64,000 nt of DNA from Candidatus Tayloriibacteriota bacterium (lineage in GTDB: Bacteria > Patescibacteriota > Minisyncoccia > Phycocordibacterales > PALSA-1337). Each line of letters opens with the position of its first letter. The first letter of the stretch is position 1. The position numbers and the translations under genes are program-made. Positions 9,252-18,278 of this stretch are shown in pieces. The notes beneath the pieces were generated by a model. The model was not told the DNA's origin and did no database searches. It saw nothing but the letters and a program-made list of their open reading frames with translations. The stretch is from positions 7,994-71,993 of the forward strand of contig CALRAJ010000002.1 of NCBI GenBank assembly GCA_943350765.1, in the 5' to 3' direction.

Positions 9252-9285
9252 CCCCGCGGCGTACTCGCCGCGGGGTTTTCTTTTG
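9252..9285. terminator. Rho-independent terminator after pyk (CCCCGCGGCG-TACT-CGCCGCGGGG plus TTTTCTTTT)
   Basis: 10-bp GC stem, TACT loop and T-run 23 nt after the pyk stop. Confidence 0.65.
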
Positions 9286-9315
9286 TTGTCTAAAATATGG
9301 TATTATTATCTTTAA

Positions 9316-9457
9316 TTCGAATTACAAAATACTTTTCTTGGCATACCTTTTAAAGAGCACGAGTATTTTCTTGCTAGAAAATCTCTCAGTCTCGGCTACC
9401 CGCCTTGCGAAGTCTCTTTAAAAGATACGCCTACGACAGTATTTTGTAATTCTGGGT
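9316..9457. mobile_element. MITE-like palindromic element, copy 2
   Basis: CGAATTACAAAATAC ... GTATTTTGTAATTCTGGG ends and the same internal core as copy 1; fills the pyk-murD spacer. The annotated 60-aa ORF 9239-9421 lies inside it. Confidence 0.7.
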
Positions 9458-9463
9458 ATTCAA

Positions 9464-10810
9464 ATGCACTACAAAGACTATTTTCAAGGTAAAAAAATCA
9501 CAGTAATGGGACTCGGTCTTCTCGGCCGAGGTATAAACGATGTAAAGTTTCTAGCGGAGTGCGGAGCTGATCTCATAGTTACAGATTTAAAAAATAAAAA
9601 AGATTTGGCAGAAAGTCTTGCTCAGCTTACGGACTATCCACAAATCACTTATGTTTTGGGAGAACATCGCATCGAGGATTTTCAGAATAGAGATTTGATT
9701 TTAAAAGCTGCTGGAGTACCGATAGATTCTGTCTTTATTGCTGAGGCTAGGAAAAACAAAATACCTATCGAAATGGACGAGTCACTTTTTTTTAAGCTTG
9801 CACCACCTACTGTTACGCTCATTGGGATTACAGGTACCCGTGGTAAAACTACCACCACAGCACTTATTTTTGAGATACTAAAGAATGCTCATGGAGAGGG
9901 TACTGTGCATCTGGCGGGCAATATACGAGGCTTGGCGACACTACCACTGCTAGCAGTCATACAGCCAAAAGATATTGTCGTTCTGGAGCTTTCATCATGG
10001 CAGTTGCAGGGTTTTGGAGACGCACAAATAAGTCCAAATATTGCTGTTTTTACAAACTTTATGCCTGATCATTTAAATTATTACAAAAATAGTATGCATG
10101 CGTATTTTGGTGATAAGGCAAATATATTTGCCTATCAGGGTTCACATAACTTTTTAATTATGGGGGAAGAGGTGGCTGGCCTGATAGAAGAAAAGTTTGG
10201 AAAAAGAGCTAGGGCAAAAAAGATTATCGCTGGAGCGGGAGATGTGCCTCCAAGCTGGAAGCTGGCTATAAAAGGTGTTCACAACAAAGAAAATATTGCA
10301 CTAGCGAAGGCTGTGGGAGATGTCCTAAGGATACCTATCAAAACAATACAACAGGCAGTAGAAAGTTTTATTGGAGTTGAAGGGAGAATGCAGTATCTTC
10401 GTACTGTGCGAGGAATAGATATATATAACGATACTACCGCCACCACTCCAGAAGCAACACTCGTGGCTTTGAAAGCACTTTCACAAAATAAAAATATCGT
10501 ACTTATTATGGGTGGGGCGGATAAGACACTTGATATGAGTCATTTACTTAAAAATATTTCGCAGTATTGTAGTGCTGTAGTGCTTTTGGCGGGGACGGGG
10601 ACACTGAAGATTCAAAAGGATATTATGCAATTGAAAAATATAAGTCATTGCCATGCAAGTACTTTGTCTGAAGCTCTTACGCAAGCGATGGATAGTGCGC
10701 GGACTGGGGACACGGTGCTTTTTAGTCCAGCTTTTGCTTCGTTTGGAATGTTTAAGAATGAGTTTGACCGAGGGGATCAGTTTTCAGAGCTAGTGAAAGG
10801 TTTGCAGTAG
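9464..10810 (+). CDS. murD: UDP-N-acetylmuramoylalanine--D-glutamate ligase
   Basis: 448 aa; GLGLLGRG, GITGTRGKTTTT (Mur ligase P-loop), C-terminal Mur ligase domain. Confidence 0.9.
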   Translation: MHYKDYFQGKKITVMGLGLLGRGINDVKFLAECGADLIVTDLKNKKDLAESLAQLTDYPQITYVLGEHRIEDFQNRDLILKAAGVPIDSVFIAEARKNKIPIEMDESLFFKLAPPTVTLIGITGTRGKTTTTALIFEILKNAHGEGTVHLAGNIRGLATLPLLAVIQPKDIVVLELSSWQLQGFGDAQISPNIAVFTNFMPDHLNYYKNSMHAYFGDKANIFAYQGSHNFLIMGEEVAGLIEEKFGKRARAKKIIAGAGDVPPSWKLAIKGVHNKENIALAKAVGDVLRIPIKTIQQAVESFIGVEGRMQYLRTVRGIDIYNDTTATTPEATLVALKALSQNKNIVLIMGGADKTLDMSHLLKNISQYCSAVVLLAGTGTLKIQKDIMQLKNISHCHASTLSEALTQAMDSARTGDTVLFSPAFASFGMFKNEFDRGDQFSELVKGLQ

Positions 10811-10947
10811 TTATGCACAGGGACAGAAAAGTGCTATAGACAAAGTACTGTAGTCTGGTATAATTGATGTCCGGAGAACAAACATGCTTATTTGTACGCT
10901 GAATGCGCAAGTCGTGTTTGAGATCTTCAAAGTTCAAAAACAGTTAA

Positions 10948-11463
10948 GTGGTGGAAGGAAAAAGGGTTATGGGACACAAAACACAAACGGAAGGAACAGT
11001 CTCGGATGCCAAGGAGTTCAACCGCACTCAAATGATGGCTCGGCTTTGGGGGGATTTGGTCAGGGCTGTCAGGGAGCTGAGGGTGATCGCTGTCGAAAAG
11101 TTGCAGAAGATCTGCCGAATGTTCCGTTTCAAAACCAGCCACAATCGTGCCATGAGGCTGGTCGCGAAGTATTATTCTGCCAACCAGCACCCTCTGGGCA
11201 TGGCGGAGGTACCCGCAGTGCTTCTCGAGGCATTTGCGGTGGTTGGCAAAGAAGAGTTCGTCAGGGCGAAGGAGCTCGGTGATGCGATTCGGACACACTC
11301 TGTATTGACCGAAGCACAAGTGGCACTTGGGGCGAGAATCTCTTGTCAGAAACAGCGCAGTGATTCTCTGCCTCGTGGTCGTGATTTTGCAGAAACACGA
11401 TATTTCCGGACATCAAGCATGCGTCCCCTTTATGGATTTCCTGTAATGCCTGCCATGGCGTAG
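10948..11463 (+). CDS. Orphan hypothetical protein in a GC-rich (about 53%) island
   Basis: 171-aa ORF with high GC3 codon pattern, unlike host genes. Overlapping ORFs on both strands (10884-11282 plus, 10927-11319 minus) reflect the high GC. No motif recognised. Confidence 0.3.
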   Translation: MVEGKRVMGHKTQTEGTVSDAKEFNRTQMMARLWGDLVRAVRELRVIAVEKLQKICRMFRFKTSHNRAMRLVAKYYSANQHPLGMAEVPAVLLEAFAVVGKEEFVRAKELGDAIRTHSVLTEAQVALGARISCQKQRSDSLPRGRDFAETRYFRTSSMRPLYGFPVMPAMA

Positions 11464-11547
11464 TTTGATAGCCATGGCCAGACCAAGCTTGTTTTATCTG
11501 CCATGCAGAGAAACAAGCCTTTTTAATTAAGAATTAGGTGGGGTAAA

Positions 11548-11569
11548 CCCGCGCCGTACTCGGCGCGGG
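11548..11569. terminator. GC hairpin CCCGCGCCG-TACT-CGGCGCGGG (terminator-like; T-run 8 nt downstream)
   Basis: Same TACT loop and near-identical stem as the pyk terminator at 9252, with a swapped GGC/GCC segment that preserves pairing. Confidence 0.35.
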
Positions 11570-11687
11570 CGAAAGAAGTTTTTTGTAGCTGTGGATAATC
11601 GTCCAAACTATTTCTGTGCTATGATTGTGTATAAGTGTTAATTAGTTTTTGTAAACATTTTTTATATATTGAAATCTCTTTAAAATC

Positions 11688-13727
11688 ATGAATGAAGACG
11701 AAAATAAAATTACTTACTTCGGACAAACGGACGCTCGTAATAAAAAAACTCCGTTTGGTATAAAACGAAAAGATCGTTCTAAACACACCTATGTTATTGG
11801 TAAAACAGGTATGGGTAAATCAACCCTGCTTGAAAATATGGCAGTGCAGGATATTCAAAATGGGGAGGGTCTAGCTTTTATTGATCCTCACGGCAAGACT
11901 GCTGAGCTTCTTCTGGAATATATTCCCGAACATCGCATAAAGGATGTTTTGTATTTTGCACCTTTCGATATGGAGTACCCAGTTTCGTTTAATGTTATGG
12001 AGGATGTGGGTGCAGACAAGAGGCATCTAGTGGTAAACGGTCTCATGAGTACTTTTGAAAAGATTTGGGTAGATGCTTGGTCTGCTCGCATGGCATATAT
12101 TTTAAATAATACACTACTAGCACTTCTTGAGTATCCTGGGGCTACACTTCTCGGTGTAAACAGGATGTTGGCAGATAAAGACTATCGAAAAAAGGTGGTA
12201 GATAATGTTACCGATCCATCAGTGAAGTCGTTTTGGATTGATGAGTTTGGAAAGTATACAGAGCGTTTTGCGGCTGAGGCAACTCCCGCTATTCAAAATA
12301 AGGTGGGGCAGTTTACCTCAAATCCGCTGGTGCGAAATCTGATCGGTCAGCCAAAGTCATCCTTTAATATTCGCCAGATGATGGACGAGAAAAAGATTTT
12401 GATTATCAACCTATCGAAAGGTAAGGTGGGAGAAGGGAATGCTAATCTTATTGGTAGTATGCTCATTACCAAAATCTATCTTGCAGCAATGTCTCGAGCA
12501 GATCTCACAGAGCGAGAACTAAAAAAATATCCCAATTTTTATCTATATGTAGATGAGTTTCAGTCCTTCGCCAATAAGTCCTTTGCCGATATTCTGTCCG
12601 AAGCACGAAAATATAAACTAAACCTAACTATCGCCCATCAGTACATTGAGCAAATGGAGGAGGAGGTGCGTGATGCAGTGTTTGGAAATGTTGGCACAAT
12701 GGTGGCTTTTAGAGTAGGTGCCTATGATGCAGAGGTGCTTGAAAAGGAATTCGCTCCACATTTTACATTGGAGGATATTGTAAATCTTGGCGTATATCAG
12801 ATATATTTAAAATTAATGATTGATGGAGTGGGATCACAGCCATTTTCAGCAACTACGATGGCACCTATTAGGTTACCAAGTATTTCTTATAAAAATGAAA
12901 TTATCGAAAGTTCCAGAAAGCTTTTTGCACAGCCGAGATCGGTAGTAGAGGAGGAGATAAAACAATGGCATGAGCAGGAGCGTGTGGGTCCGAGTAAGCC
13001 ATCAGGTGGAGGGCGTGTAGGAGTGGATAATTCAGCCAGTACCAGTCTATCTAAAGGCGGAGGGAGTGTCGGTCAGGTCGCTATCGTATCTAGTGGTGAT
13101 ATAACGCAACCCATTACTCCAATACCACCCTCAAAAACTGTCGTTCAAAAAGTAGAAATCAAAAAAATAGAAAAAATAATTATAAAGGAACCCCTAGTAG
13201 CCCTTAATTTAAAAGATGCGTTAAAAAATATAGTTTTAGGTGCATCCGCGAGCAAGTTTGTTGGGGTTGAAAAACCAAAACCACTTCATCAGATGGTCTC
13301 AACTTCAGCGCCAAATCCTACAGGATATACGGTTGTATCATCTTCTTTAAATGCACCTAGTCATGATCGTGAAATGGATCTTCGTCGTGCGGTTTCTTTG
13401 GATTATTTAAAAAAAGCTCCACAGCAACGCGAGCCTAAAAATCAACCAGGGGGAAAGCCTGTGAGTCAAAAGAATATTGATGATTTACGATCGGCACTTG
13501 CTTCGGTTATGGGTACAAGTTTTCCTTCAAAAAAGTCAGAGGAATCGACCGCTCCATTGGCGGAGCCTATAGTTAAACATCCTAAACCTATCACAGCAAA
13601 TCCTTCCCAAACCTATTCAAAGTCTTTGGAAAAGCCGGTACCAGAAAATAAAAATACAGCAAAGGTAGAGTTGCGTGAAGTACCTGAGGATGTACTACGA
13701 AAAGTACTCAAACTCGATGAAAAGTAG
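11688..13727 (+). CDS. TraG/VirD4/TrwB-like P-loop ATPase (type IV coupling-protein family) with about 260-aa disordered Ser/Gly/Pro/Lys-rich C-terminal tail
   Basis: Walker A VIGKTGMGKSTLL; FYLYVDEFQSFANKSF...ARKYKLNLTIAHQYIEQM resembles the T4CP Walker B/arginine-finger region; low-complexity C-terminus. Confidence 0.5.
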   Translation: MNEDENKITYFGQTDARNKKTPFGIKRKDRSKHTYVIGKTGMGKSTLLENMAVQDIQNGEGLAFIDPHGKTAELLLEYIPEHRIKDVLYFAPFDMEYPVSFNVMEDVGADKRHLVVNGLMSTFEKIWVDAWSARMAYILNNTLLALLEYPGATLLGVNRMLADKDYRKKVVDNVTDPSVKSFWIDEFGKYTERFAAEATPAIQNKVGQFTSNPLVRNLIGQPKSSFNIRQMMDEKKILIINLSKGKVGEGNANLIGSMLITKIYLAAMSRADLTERELKKYPNFYLYVDEFQSFANKSFADILSEARKYKLNLTIAHQYIEQMEEEVRDAVFGNVGTMVAFRVGAYDAEVLEKEFAPHFTLEDIVNLGVYQIYLKLMIDGVGSQPFSATTMAPIRLPSISYKNEIIESSRKLFAQPRSVVEEEIKQWHEQERVGPSKPSGGGRVGVDNSASTSLSKGGGSVGQVAIVSSGDITQPITPIPPSKTVVQKVEIKKIEKIIIKEPLVALNLKDALKNIVLGASASKFVGVEKPKPLHQMVSTSAPNPTGYTVVSSSLNAPSHDREMDLRRAVSLDYLKKAPQQREPKNQPGGKPVSQKNIDDLRSALASVMGTSFPSKKSEESTAPLAEPIVKHPKPITANPSQTYSKSLEKPVPENKNTAKVELREVPEDVLRKVLKLDEK

Positions 13728-13732
13728 TAGTA

Positions 13733-14881
13733 TTGATTTGTATGACTGAATCGGCAAAAAAAGTATTGATTTTTTCTATCGCCTATTACCCACATTTTAT
13801 TGGTGGTGCGGAAGTGGCGGTAAAGGAGATTACAGATAGATTAGTTGATGATTTTGAATTTCACATGATTACCTTGGGTGCAAAAGGGGATAAAAGTGAT
13901 GAAAGAATCAGCAATGTCTTTGTTCATCGTGTGGGGAGTGTTTCAACTATTTCAAAATATCTATTTCCATTTATAGGCTTTTTTAAAGCCGTTGATTTAC
14001 ACAAAAAACACCACTTTCAGATAACTTGGTCTATTATGGCAAATTATGCTGGTTTTGCTGGGCTATTTTTTAAATATTTGAAGCCAGAAGTAACATCCGT
14101 CTTAACCCTTCAGGAGGGTGATCCGATATTGTATATCAAAAAACGAGTTGGTGTCCTGTACCCTTTGTTTAAAAAGATATTTACCAAAGCAGATCGTATC
14201 CATGCTATTTCAAATTATCTTGCTGATTGGGCAAGAGATATGGGAGCTAAAGGTCGTGTTGATGTTGTGCCAAATGGAGTGGATATTTCACTTTTTTCAA
14301 AAGCAATTTCGGACGATGAGAAAAATTCACTTGCTCGTGAATTGGGAAAAAAGACCGAAGATATTTTCCTGATCACCACTTCTCGCTTGGTTATTAAAAA
14401 TGGAGTGGGGGATATTATAAAATCACTCCAGTATCTACCCACCAATGTAAAATTATTGATAGTAGGTAATGGAGTGCTAGAAGATACCTTAAAGGCTTCC
14501 GTAGATGCCCACAAGCTCTCAGGTAGGGTTTTGTTTGTTGGTTTTATACATCATGCCGATTTACCTAAATATCTGGCTATAAGCGATATATTCGTAAGAC
14601 CAAGCCTGTCTGAGGGGATGGGTAACTCATTTATTGAGGCAATGTCGGCAGGTATACCCGTAGTCGCTACTCCAGTAGGTGGAATAGTTGATTTTTTGGT
14701 TGATCGCGAAACAGGTCTTTTTTGTCAGGTTTCGGACCCAAAAAGTATTGCGGAATGCGTGAAATTACTTTTGTCTGATAAGATGCTATCTACTCGACTG
14801 GTCGAAAATGCTCAAAAAATGGTTTTAAATAATTATGATTGGTCTAGGATCGCTATTTTGATGCGTGAAGTGATCCGATAG
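13733..14881 (+). CDS. Glycosyltransferase family 4 (GT-B)
   Basis: C-terminal GT4 signature SLSEGMGNSFIEAMSAGIPVVATPVGG...VDRETG. Confidence 0.8.
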   Translation: MICMTESAKKVLIFSIAYYPHFIGGAEVAVKEITDRLVDDFEFHMITLGAKGDKSDERISNVFVHRVGSVSTISKYLFPFIGFFKAVDLHKKHHFQITWSIMANYAGFAGLFFKYLKPEVTSVLTLQEGDPILYIKKRVGVLYPLFKKIFTKADRIHAISNYLADWARDMGAKGRVDVVPNGVDISLFSKAISDDEKNSLARELGKKTEDIFLITTSRLVIKNGVGDIIKSLQYLPTNVKLLIVGNGVLEDTLKASVDAHKLSGRVLFVGFIHHADLPKYLAISDIFVRPSLSEGMGNSFIEAMSAGIPVVATPVGGIVDFLVDRETGLFCQVSDPKSIAECVKLLLSDKMLSTRLVENAQKMVLNNYDWSRIAILMREVIR

Positions 14882-14892
14882 TAGCCTTATTT

Positions 14893-15000
14893 ATAGCCAT
14901 TTGAACGGCTCAACATCTAGTTTGTACAGAGTCTTGCTAGACTCTGTATCTTCGTCGCCTTCGCTCCTTGAGCCGTTCAAATGGCTCTGCACAGAGCCAT
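14893..15000. repeat. Composite palindromic element, GAGCCATTTGAACGGCTCAAC family, copy 2
   Basis: AGCCATTTGAACGGCTCAAC ... TACAGAGTCT-TGC-TAGACTCTGTA ... TCTTCGTCGCCTTCGCTCCTTGAGCCGTTCAAATGGCT followed by GGCTCTG-CA-CAGAGCC. Confidence 0.6.
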
Positions 15001-15217
15001 TCTAAGTAACATAAGAGATTGGTAGTGTTTTCAACTTTTTGAGCTTTCTTTGTTATTATGCACACAGAATCTTATGCCACAAATCTTTCCAAATATCATG
15101 CTGCACAAGTTCAGATACATATGAGACTTTTAATTAAGTTTTGTATATGCGAATTTTTAACAAATTTAAAGGAACAAAAGGCTTTTCAGATGGTGAAAAA
15201 AATGATATAAAGTAGAT

Positions 15218-16225
15218 ATGAAGATTTTGCTAGTAACAGGTATTTATCCACCACAAATAGGTGGTCCAGCACAGTATGCCAAGAATCTTGCCGAGGCACT
15301 TCGTGTACAAGGACACGAAGTAGCGGTGCGTACTTATGAGCTGGAGCGGAAATTGCCGATGGGTGTACGACATTTACTTTTCTTTTTCCGAAGTTTGTGG
15401 GCTATGCCGGGGACGGATTTGGTGATTGCACTCGATACTTTTAGTGTGGCTTTTCCTGCGGTTTGTGCAGCAAGACTGTGTGGCAAAAAGATGATTATTC
15501 GGACTGGAGGAGATTTTCTTTGGGAGTTTTATGTTGAGCGAACGGGGGATTTGGTATTGTTACGAGATTTTTATAATACGAGGATTGGCAGATTAAACTT
15601 TAAAGAACGATTGATTTTTAAATCAACCGGTTGGACATTAAGAGGGGTGAACGCGATTATTTTTAGTACAGAGTGGCAGAGAGATATTTTTACACCAGCG
15701 TATGGGCTGGATATGAAAAAGAATTTTATAGTCGAGAATTATTGTGGTGAGAGAATGCCGTCATTTCCAGCGGTTATTAAAAACTTTGTGTCCGCCACTC
15801 GTCCACTCAAGTGGAAAAATCACGTTCGTCTTGCGGAAGCGTTTAAAAAGGTGCTTGGAAAGGGTATCTCAGTCGTACACGATATTAATCCAGTTCCACA
15901 TGATATGTTTATTGAGAAACTTCAGCACGCGTATGTTGTGATATTGGTTTCGCTTGGGGATATTAGTCCAAATATGATTCTGGATACAATTCGTTGCGGT
16001 AAGCCGTTTATTATGACTAAGGAGACGGGTTTTACCGAAAAACTAAAAGATATCGCTTTACTTGTTGATCCTGAAAATGTAGACGATATTGCAGAAAAGA
16101 TTGAGATGTTGTGTGATCCAAAAATATATGCAGAGTATCAGCATCGGGTACAAAACTTTAGCTTTAATCATGGTTGGGACGAGATTGCGAAAGAATTTTT
16201 GGTAGTTAATTCTCAAATAAAATGA
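15218..16225 (+). CDS. Glycosyltransferase (GT4-like)
   Basis: N-terminus MKILLVTGIYPPQIGGPAQYAKNLAEAL typical of GT4; GT-B C-terminal half. Confidence 0.65.
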   Translation: MKILLVTGIYPPQIGGPAQYAKNLAEALRVQGHEVAVRTYELERKLPMGVRHLLFFFRSLWAMPGTDLVIALDTFSVAFPAVCAARLCGKKMIIRTGGDFLWEFYVERTGDLVLLRDFYNTRIGRLNFKERLIFKSTGWTLRGVNAIIFSTEWQRDIFTPAYGLDMKKNFIVENYCGERMPSFPAVIKNFVSATRPLKWKNHVRLAEAFKKVLGKGISVVHDINPVPHDMFIEKLQHAYVVILVSLGDISPNMILDTIRCGKPFIMTKETGFTEKLKDIALLVDPENVDDIAEKIEMLCDPKIYAEYQHRVQNFSFNHGWDEIAKEFLVVNSQIK

Positions 16226-17241
16226 AAAATCTTTTGATGATATCGACTGATCGAAGGATATTTGAAAAGGATAGTGGGGTACGGGAGCGGATGATGGAGT
16301 ATGGTCGTGGTCTGGATGAATTGCATATAATTGTTTTTGCAAGAAAGAGCGCCGGATTTGTGGAGGAAAAAATAGGTGAAAATGTATTTGTATATCCGAC
16401 CCAGTCTACTACAAGGTTTAGATATATTTTTGATGCTATCAAAATCGGTCGCCTGATTTTATCTAAAGACTATCAACCAGAAACTAGTGATTGGTCTGTT
16501 TCCTGTCAGGATCCTTTTGAGACTGGACTTGTGGGTACTAGTTTAGCAAAGCAATTTTATCTGCCACTCGAACTTCAGATACATACTGATATCGGCAGTC
16601 TATATTTCACTTATTCTTTTTTAAATAAGGTGCGGATTATAATAGCTCGATATACGCTCCCAAAAGCGTCACATATTCGAGTGGTTTCCACACGAATACA
16701 AAAATATCTTGTGGATCAATTAAAAATCGATTCGAGTATTATCGAAATTCGCCCGATTCAGGTAAATGTAGAAAGTTTAAAAAATACTCCTGTAATCCTT
16801 GACCTTCACAAAAAATACCCTCAGTTTAAAAAGATTGTATTGATGGCTTCGCGCTTGGAAAAAGAAAAAAATATTGGCTTTGCTTTGCGGGCTTGGAAAA
16901 AAGTTTCGGATATTGTATCTGGGGTGGGTTTGGTGATCGTGGGTTCTGGGGGAGAAGAAAAAATCTTAAAAGAATCGGTGCAGAAACTCAATATTGAAAA
17001 AAGGGTGATATTTGAACCATGGACGAACGAAATTTCTTCATACTATAAGACTGCAGACATTTTTCTACTCAGCTCTCTTTTTGAGGGTTATGGCATGACA
17101 TTGGCTGAGGCAAATGCAGTGGGCTGTGCTATTGTGTCGAGTGATGTGGGGATTGCTCCCGAGCTTTCAAATACCACTGTGTGTCCGGTAAATGATGAAG
17201 AGTGTTTTGTCGAAGCTCTTGTTGCACAATTAACCAAATGA
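16222..17241 (+). CDS. Glycosyltransferase family 4
   Basis: SSLFEGYGMTLAEANAVGCAIVSSDVG motif; start overlaps the upstream stop. Confidence 0.8.
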   Translation: MKNLLMISTDRRIFEKDSGVRERMMEYGRGLDELHIIVFARKSAGFVEEKIGENVFVYPTQSTTRFRYIFDAIKIGRLILSKDYQPETSDWSVSCQDPFETGLVGTSLAKQFYLPLELQIHTDIGSLYFTYSFLNKVRIIIARYTLPKASHIRVVSTRIQKYLVDQLKIDSSIIEIRPIQVNVESLKNTPVILDLHKKYPQFKKIVLMASRLEKEKNIGFALRAWKKVSDIVSGVGLVIVGSGGEEKILKESVQKLNIEKRVIFEPWTNEISSYYKTADIFLLSSLFEGYGMTLAEANAVGCAIVSSDVGIAPELSNTTVCPVNDEECFVEALVAQLTK

Positions 17242-18278
17242 AGAATATATTGATTATTACACAAAAGGTTGACATGAACGACAGTAGCTTTGGTTTTTTC
17301 CATGATTGGCTCAGAGAGTTTTCAAAACTTGCTCAGGTGACAGTACTTGCGCTTGAGGTAGGGCAGTATGATTTACATGGAGTTAAGGTTTTTTCTTTGG
17401 GTAAGGACAAAGGAGTGTCTAAGTTTTTTTGGTTATTAAATCTATATAGATATTTATGGATACACAGAAAACAATATGATTTTGTTTTTGCCCACATGAG
17501 TCCACTGTTTGTGATATTTCCATTTCTACTGATGTTTTGTTTAAAAAAGAATATATATTTATGGTATGTCCATCGTAAAGTCGATCTAAAATTACGCATT
17601 TCCGAAAAACTAGTCTCGAAAATTTTTACTGCAACTAGAGAAAGTTTTGGTATTAAAAGTGATAAGGTCGTGTACATGGGACAGGCGGTCGATGTCGATA
17701 AATTTTATTCAGAAAACCTGGAGCATTTAAATGATAAAAAAGAGTTTCGGGTTATAACTGTGGGGAGGATTACTTCGATTAAAAATCTTGATACTTTGAT
17801 CGAAGCGGTAGCACTAGTTTCAAATGAAATACCGATTATTGTGGATATCGTGGGTGCTCCAGTGACCAAAGGAGATTTTGAATATGAGAAAAGATTGAAA
17901 AAGATGATTATCGAGGGTGGTCTTTCGAGTAAGATAAAGTTTATTGGTTCGGTAGCAAATAAAGATTTACCGAAACTTTTTACGACTGCTAATGCAAGTG
18001 TAAACCTCTGTCCGACAGGGGGTTTGGATAAGGCGGTACTCGAGTCAATGGCATCAGGAATACCTGTTTTAGTGTCAAATACTGCGTTTAAGGCTCATTT
18101 GGGGCAGTATGCAGAGGAATTTACCTTTCCAGAAAGAAATCCGAGGGCTTTGGCCGAGCGGTTGAAAAAGCTCTATGTTCAAAAGGATCTGGTCGAAGCT
18201 GGTCGGTATTTGCAAAAACTGGTACGGGAAAAGTCCTCGATTACGAATCTTATTAAAAGTATTGTTGAAAATCTATGA
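17238..18278 (+). CDS. Glycosyltransferase family 4 (start refined to the ATGA overlap at 17238)
   Basis: LDKAVLESMASGIPVLVSN GT4 motif; MKNILIITQK N-terminus; ATGA start/stop overlap with the previous gene. Confidence 0.75.
   Translation: MKNILIITQKVDMNDSSFGFFHDWLREFSKLAQVTVLALEVGQYDLHGVKVFSLGKDKGVSKFFWLLNLYRYLWIHRKQYDFVFAHMSPLFVIFPFLLMFCLKKNIYLWYVHRKVDLKLRISEKLVSKIFTATRESFGIKSDKVVYMGQAVDVDKFYSENLEHLNDKKEFRVITVGRITSIKNLDTLIEAVALVSNEIPIIVDIVGAPVTKGDFEYEKRLKKMIIEGGLSSKIKFIGSVANKDLPKLFTTANASVNLCPTGGLDKAVLESMASGIPVLVSNTAFKAHLGQYAEEFTFPERNPRALAERLKKLYVQKDLVEAGRYLQKLVREKSSITNLIKSIVENL

Noticed and set aside
9239-9421. 60-aa ORF between pyk and murD
   Set aside because: Lies entirely inside MITE copy 2; low-complexity translation of a palindromic repeat.
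10884-11470. Possibility that the GC-rich islands (10884-11470 and 44150-44640) are RNase P RNA, tmRNA or SRP RNA
   Set aside because: I searched by eye for P4 (GGAAAGUCCGGGC / ACAGAACCCGGCUUA), the tmRNA tRNA-like 3' end (GGUUCGA...CCACCA) and the SRP AGGUCAGGUCCGGAAGGAAGCAGC block and found none. Both segments show codon-like periodicity with GC3 bias.
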